Source: Oligoflexales bacterium (lineage in GTDB: Bacteria; Bdellovibrionota_B; Oligoflexia; Oligoflexales; CAIYRB01). From it: 64,000 bases of DNA. The DNA lies in NCBI GenBank assembly GCA_041736175.1, contig JBGSUI010000014.1, forward strand, positions 76,017 through 140,016, written 5' to 3'. Shown here piece after piece: positions 59,664-64,000 of this stretch. How positions within the stretch are numbered: the stretch's first letter is position 1; every line of letters starts with the position of its first letter. The translations under genes and the position numbers were made by a program. Below the pieces are notes generated by a model. The model saw only the letters and a program-made list of their open reading frames with translations. It was not told the DNA's origin and did no database searches.

Positions 59664-59981
59664 ATAGAGTCTCTCCCCAAAAGTGCGTGCCCCAACATGG
59701 AAGCACTAAATCAACGAAGGGGGGTCGACTATTTTTGGTAAACACTAAAGTTATTTTTTTAATATATTAAAATCATAGGCGGTTTTTTTAGGTTATTCTA
59801 AACACTACCAAAACTTTGCTTAGTATTCGTTTTAATTTAATGGCTTTAACCATTAAAAAATGGTACCTTAACCCTGGGATTTGCCATAGTGGGCATCCTT
59901 TAGATCTGGCCTCGTCGGATCTTGATTTAGTAAGAGTGCTTGGGTTGTTTAGCTCGAGCCAATATTCAAGGAATTGTGAGT

Positions 59982-60302
59982 ATGACAAGGAAATTGTTTG
60001 TGGGTGGCCTAAGCTGGAACACCAATGATGATGGTTTGCGTCAGGCGTTTGAGCGTTTTGGCCAGATCGATGAAGCCAAGGTGATTCTAGATCGGGAAAC
60101 GGGTCGTTCACGTGGATTTGGGTTTGTGACCTTTATGGAATCAGGGTGCGCTCGCAACGCTATCTCCGAAATGAATGGTTCAAGCCTTGACGGTCGTAGT
60201 ATCAAAGTAAACGAGGCAGAAGAGCGTCCTCGCCAGTCCAGCGGTGGTGGCGGAGGCGGACGGCAAAGCCGCAGCGGCTACTCTGATGGTAACCGTTGGT
60301 AA
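59982..60302 (+). CDS. RRM RNA-binding protein
   Basis: LFVGGL, RGFGFV; AAGGA SD before ATG 59982. Confidence 0.93.
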   Translation: MTRKLFVGGLSWNTNDDGLRQAFERFGQIDEAKVILDRETGRSRGFGFVTFMESGCARNAISEMNGSSLDGRSIKVNEAEERPRQSSGGGGGGRQSRSGYSDGNRW

Positions 60303-60332
60303 AAACTAGTTAAAATTTGATTAGTCTATAAG

Positions 60333-60410
60333 TAGCGCCGGCTTTTTGGTTTTCATGAACGTGCTTTTGTGGCCCATCTGAAAATAGAAAAAGACGGCGC
60401 TCTTTTATTT
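60333..60410 (+). terminator. Long-loop hairpin followed by T-run
   Basis: AGCGCCG-CTTTT ... AAAAG-ACGGCGCT then CTTTTATTT. Confidence 0.4.
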
Positions 60411-60447
60411 ATATGATCGTTCATTTTAGAATTAGGCGGCCGACTTC

Positions 60448-61329
60448 ATGAGAAAAATTGGTGACATCACGGGCCTTGAAGCCTCCGAAAGGTTTGTAGC
60501 TTATTTGCGTTCTATAAAGATCGAGGGAGAAGCGCGGGAGGAGGAGGGTGCTTTTGGAATCTGGGTTTATGACGAGGACCAGATCAACCAAGCTCGGGAG
60601 TCCCTAGGGATTTTTAAACAAAATCCCGATAGCAATGAATTTTCGAAAGGGGTTTTAAAAGCCTTTTTGAAGTCTCCCAAAGCTGAAGTTCCCAAAGGTC
60701 CCCTTAAAAGTCCCAAGCCCCTGAGAGGCGCCAGATTAACCTCTGGATTTTCGACCACAGATATCCCGATCGTCTGGACGGTGATCGTGATCTGCGTCAC
60801 TCTCCGACTGATTGCCCAAGCTCCCCTTTTTAAACCCTATATCGACTATTACTTCCAATTTAACCCCAAGATTTTCGATGGCCAAATCTGGCGTCTTTGG
60901 ACTCCTATTTTTCTCCACGGTGGGCTGCTCCATCTGTTTTTTAATATGTTTTGGGTCTTCGATATCGGCGGGGATATGGAAAGGCAGGAAGGGAAACTCT
61001 TTTTTGGGGTTTTTATAGCCGTCGTGGGTGCTGTTTGTAATACCCTCCAATTCCTGGTTTCAGGTCCCTATTTCGAAGGTATGTCAGGAGTTGTTTACGC
61101 TATGATCGGCTATGTGTGGATGATGACCCGTTACCAGCACAATTCCCGGTATTCTATGAGCGATGCCATGATGTTGTTTATGGTTGCCTGGATTGTAGTC
61201 GGACTTATGTTTGATGACCTACGAATCGCCAATACCCAGCATATAACAGGAATCCTCTTGGGGCTTAGCCTGGGATCATGGCGGTCCGGACACTTCAAGA
61301 CCTATCTGCGGCGAATGAGGAGGCGGTAA
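60448..61329 (+). CDS. glpG: Rhomboid intramembrane serine protease (GlpG-like)
   Basis: WRLWTPIFLH...HLFFN, GMSGVVY, ANTQHITG. Confidence 0.88.
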   Translation: MRKIGDITGLEASERFVAYLRSIKIEGEAREEEGAFGIWVYDEDQINQARESLGIFKQNPDSNEFSKGVLKAFLKSPKAEVPKGPLKSPKPLRGARLTSGFSTTDIPIVWTVIVICVTLRLIAQAPLFKPYIDYYFQFNPKIFDGQIWRLWTPIFLHGGLLHLFFNMFWVFDIGGDMERQEGKLFFGVFIAVVGAVCNTLQFLVSGPYFEGMSGVVYAMIGYVWMMTRYQHNSRYSMSDAMMLFMVAWIVVGLMFDDLRIANTQHITGILLGLSLGSWRSGHFKTYLRRMRRR

Positions 61330-61357
61330 AACCGGACTTCCATGGGAAATCTTATGG

Positions 61358-62683
61358 TCAAAGTATAGTAAATAAGGGATAAAAAAATATCCCTTCAGCC
61401 TCTCCTGGTCTATCTATATGTTGCAGACAGAATGATGGCCCTAGACTATTCGTGTAGCTGCTGCGCAGGAGGTGCAGACTTTTTAGGCTACCTGACTTGC
61501 CGCTTTTTACTTCTACGGGAACCACTTTTCCATTGCGGGACAAAAGATAATCCACTTCTGCTCCAGAGCTCTTTTCCATCCTTATCCAGGTATAGAGATC
61601 TCGACCCTCACTTGCTTCAGATGATTCAGCCAAAAGTTGCTGTCCAACAAACTGATCCGCCAACTTTCCGTTGTATACCTTGAGAATATTTTGACTGCCA
61701 CTTATCTCATTGACATTAATCCCGCTCAACCGCTGCCCCAACCCAATGTCCAAAAAGATCAGTTTAAAAACTTTGTCATGAGCTGATGCCCCCAAGGGCA
61801 AACCACTGGGATCCACCGACTTGACTATATGGCAAAGCATCGCTTTTGCAAGCAAATAGACACTATTCTTAGTGCGAGTAATATTGTCGCCATCTCCTAA
61901 AGTGGAGTATTTTATTTGACATCCAACATTTTGAAATATTTTTGCAAAAACGGCGGCAACATTTCGAATCTGCAAATCACCACGTGCATATTTCGGAATA
62001 TCGTCACGAAAAACCGTTAACAAAAAATCTTGTATTTTGGCAACGCTCGCATAGGATCGAGTTTTGACATAGACTGCGACACATTCAGGCATGCCTCCAA
62101 CAATGCAATATTCATGCATGGCCTTGAACATTTGATTTGATTCGATATTAGACAGTTTGGCAAAACCTGGATGATCGTAAGAAACCAAAGGAATGCGATC
62201 CGCTAATATCACTCGCTCTGTAGCACACAGAAACTCTCGGAATGAAAGCGGGTAGAGATACTCATAGGAGATACGCCCTACTGGCAGCGATAGATTACCG
62301 AAAACAAACTCCAATAAACTGCCAGCACCAATGATATGCAGTTCGGGTTTTTCTTCATAAAAATACCGTAATGCTTTTATAGCTTCGGGGCATTCTTGTA
62401 TTTCGTCAAAAAAAATCAGGGTTTTGCCGGGTACGATCTCTTGCCGAAGCAGCACTTCAAGATCACGAATAATGCGTACAGGATCCAAATCTTCTTTGAA
62501 AACAAGTCCAAACTCTGGGTTCTTTTCAAAATTGACTTCCAAAAAATAGTCAAATTGTTTGCCGAAATGCCTGACCGTAGCGGTTTTTCCGACCTGGCGA
62601 GCCCCGCGGACGATTAAGGGTCGCCGTAAAGGGTCGGTCCTCCAAGTTATGAGCTTATTTTCAATATGTCTCGATAGATACAG
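61358..62683 (-). CDS. AAA_14 + DUF4143 ATP-binding protein
   Basis: In-frame extension upstream of the track ORF contains GARQVGKT; FFDEIQ, GGMPE, EVDY, PVEVKSG; CTG start after AGGAGG. Confidence 0.85.
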   Translation of the reverse strand: MYLSRHIENKLITWRTDPLRRPLIVRGARQVGKTATVRHFGKQFDYFLEVNFEKNPEFGLVFKEDLDPVRIIRDLEVLLRQEIVPGKTLIFFDEIQECPEAIKALRYFYEEKPELHIIGAGSLLEFVFGNLSLPVGRISYEYLYPLSFREFLCATERVILADRIPLVSYDHPGFAKLSNIESNQMFKAMHEYCIVGGMPECVAVYVKTRSYASVAKIQDFLLTVFRDDIPKYARGDLQIRNVAAVFAKIFQNVGCQIKYSTLGDGDNITRTKNSVYLLAKAMLCHIVKSVDPSGLPLGASAHDKVFKLIFLDIGLGQRLSGINVNEISGSQNILKVYNGKLADQFVGQQLLAESSEASEGRDLYTWIRMEKSSGAEVDYLLSRNGKVVPVEVKSGKSGSLKSLHLLRSSYTNSLGPSFCLQHIDRPGEAEGIFFYPLFTIL

Positions 62684-62889
62684 ATGAATCCTCCTAATTT
62701 GAATTCAATAATACAAGGCAATTTATCATATCCCATCTAAGAAATACAAGGTTATTTTGAATTAGGGGGGGTTCTTCTCGGCTTTTTTTATGGAACGTAT
62801 ATTGCGGCTACATCGAGTGGTGATGGAGATGGATTTTTGATTGTATAAAATAAATAACACAATAAAAACAATATTTTAAATCAAAATAG

Positions 62890-62920
62890 ACTTGACTTAT
62901 TCAAGTTTTTTGGGTATTAT
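62890..62920 (+). promoter_or_regulatory. sigma70 promoter with overlapping inverted repeat
   Basis: TTGACT-N17-TATTAT; ACTTGA-N5-TCAAGT over the -35 box. Confidence 0.7.
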
Positions 62921-62944
62921 CCAATAAGGGCAGGAGGGAGATGT

Positions 62945-63064
62945 GTGGCTGATGTTGTTGTGCCCGCGAAGCACGAGGGGCTCAGAGTTTGCGTGTCCAT
63001 CCTGACAGACGATGCCGAGAAGCAATTATTGATCGTAACCGTCGTTGACGAGACCAAAGCATGA
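62945..63064 (+). pseudogene. Shortened toxin remnant (DUF4258-like C-terminus)
   Basis: GGAGG SD, GTG start, 39 codons ending GLRVCVSI...LLIVTVVD, ATGA overlap with the HTH gene. Confidence 0.55.
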
Positions 63065-63558
63065 ACACTAAAAAAACAATCACTTTTAACCAGATTGGGT
63101 TTCCGATCAAACTGATCAATTGCCCACATATCTTAGTTGAGGGCGAGCTTGTCCCCGACGTGAACTATGAGCAACTCGAAGAGTTGATGTTTAGAGTATT
63201 GCCGCTCAAACCCACGCGGATCACTGGCGCGGAACTGAAGTTCATCAGGCATCATTTAGGGAAAACCCAGGAGCAATTCTCAAAGTGGGTGGAGGACAGC
63301 GTGGATGCTTCTTCAATTTCTAAATGGGAAGCTCAGGATCTAGAGCCGACTGGGATGCTTGATTCGATGGAGCGATCCATTCGAATGCAGCTAATTGTCC
63401 ATGCATTGAAGCGGCAACGTCGCACGACGGTACCGGTAGATGTCATAAAAAAGGTTTCGGCAAGCATAGCGACCAAGAGGGGGGATCCGCTCGTGATAAA
63501 GATGCCGCTTCCTCTGAAACTCCCGAAGGATCTTCTCTCGGCGGTCGCTTTAGCATGA
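63061..63558 (+). CDS. XRE-HTH antitoxin-like protein (MqsA-like)
   Basis: ITGAELKFIRHHLGKTQEQFS...SISKWE. Confidence 0.8.
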   Translation: MNTKKTITFNQIGFPIKLINCPHILVEGELVPDVNYEQLEELMFRVLPLKPTRITGAELKFIRHHLGKTQEQFSKWVEDSVDASSISKWEAQDLEPTGMLDSMERSIRMQLIVHALKRQRRTTVPVDVIKKVSASIATKRGDPLVIKMPLPLKLPKDLLSAVALA

Positions 63559-63784
63559 AAACGAATATTAAGTTTATTGCTCAGGCCCTGATTTACTTAC
63601 TTAACGATGAGGCCCCCATTGGTGCGCCTTAGAAAAAAGCCGCTGAAGGTAGACTTCGAGGATAAGAAAAAAAACCGAGCTGTGTTCGGTCAGCTCACTC
63701 ATGCTGCTGAGCCAGAAGATAAAGTGGATTTTTTGGCACCTGAAATTTATCTAGTCGCTGGCGCGAAATTCAAACCCAATAAGA

Positions 63785-64000
63785 TTAGGTAGTTGTACTT
63801 TTGTTTGCTCCTCCCCTGTCTCGTGCTAGCTGCGTGGTTTCCATCCCGGTCGGAGGTCTTCCCTTGCTCCGATTCAAGAGCTGTCTCAAGTTGTGCCCGG
63901 TAATCGCCCCATACCCCGCGGCCAATGTTCCCTGATCCGACTTCATTCGGCTGCGCCCAAGTTGTCCCCCATGCTTTGCATGCCCGATCAGAGGCTCGAT
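63785..64000 (-). mobile_element. IS5-family transposase C-terminus (partial; not in ORF track)
   Basis: IEPLIGHAKHGGQLGRSRMKS...GHNLRQLL, stop at 63785; possible IS end near CTAG at 63751-63754. Confidence 0.8.

Noticed and set aside
63607..63792. 61-aa ORF as a real gene
   Set aside because: No clear SD or motif, and it runs into the probable IS end.

Overview
Bacterial chromosomal window. Gene content (many Cys/Pro-rich lipoproteins, type III glutamine synthetase, DUF4360, two RRM proteins, a vWA lipoprotein, FliA-like and sigma54 promoters) suggests Bdellovibrionota/Oligoflexia, but this is inference. Left to right: (1) a four-gene exported cassette with two CxxCH proteins and a Tat/DUF1501-like protein (712-5825); (2) tRNA-Leu(CAG) at 9359-9445, followed by a roughly 15-kb plasticity zone containing two further copies of the tRNA 3' end, a duplicated brnTA module, a duplicated lipoprotein unit and a duplicated glnA 3' end; (3) inside that zone, a tightly coupled 9.2-kb NRPS-independent peptide biosynthetic operon (two circularly permuted ATP-grasp-like ligases, an AspH/proline-hydroxylase-like 2OG oxygenase, a nucleotidyltransferase, an ATP-grasp fusion, a SerRS-like amino acid:[carrier protein] ligase, a carrier protein, an MFS exporter and an unannotated 47-codon ORF), which is the best candidate for an undescribed system; (4) glnA type III; (5) a GT2/GT-C/radical SAM plus CDP-3,6-dideoxyhexose surface-glycosylation locus (27.8-42.6 kb); (6) housekeeping genes mixed with solitary accessory genes (Fic, ATPases, an AlbA_2 pseudogene, TA remnants), ending in a partial IS5-family transposase. 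All family assignments come from motif recognition by eye; no searches were run.
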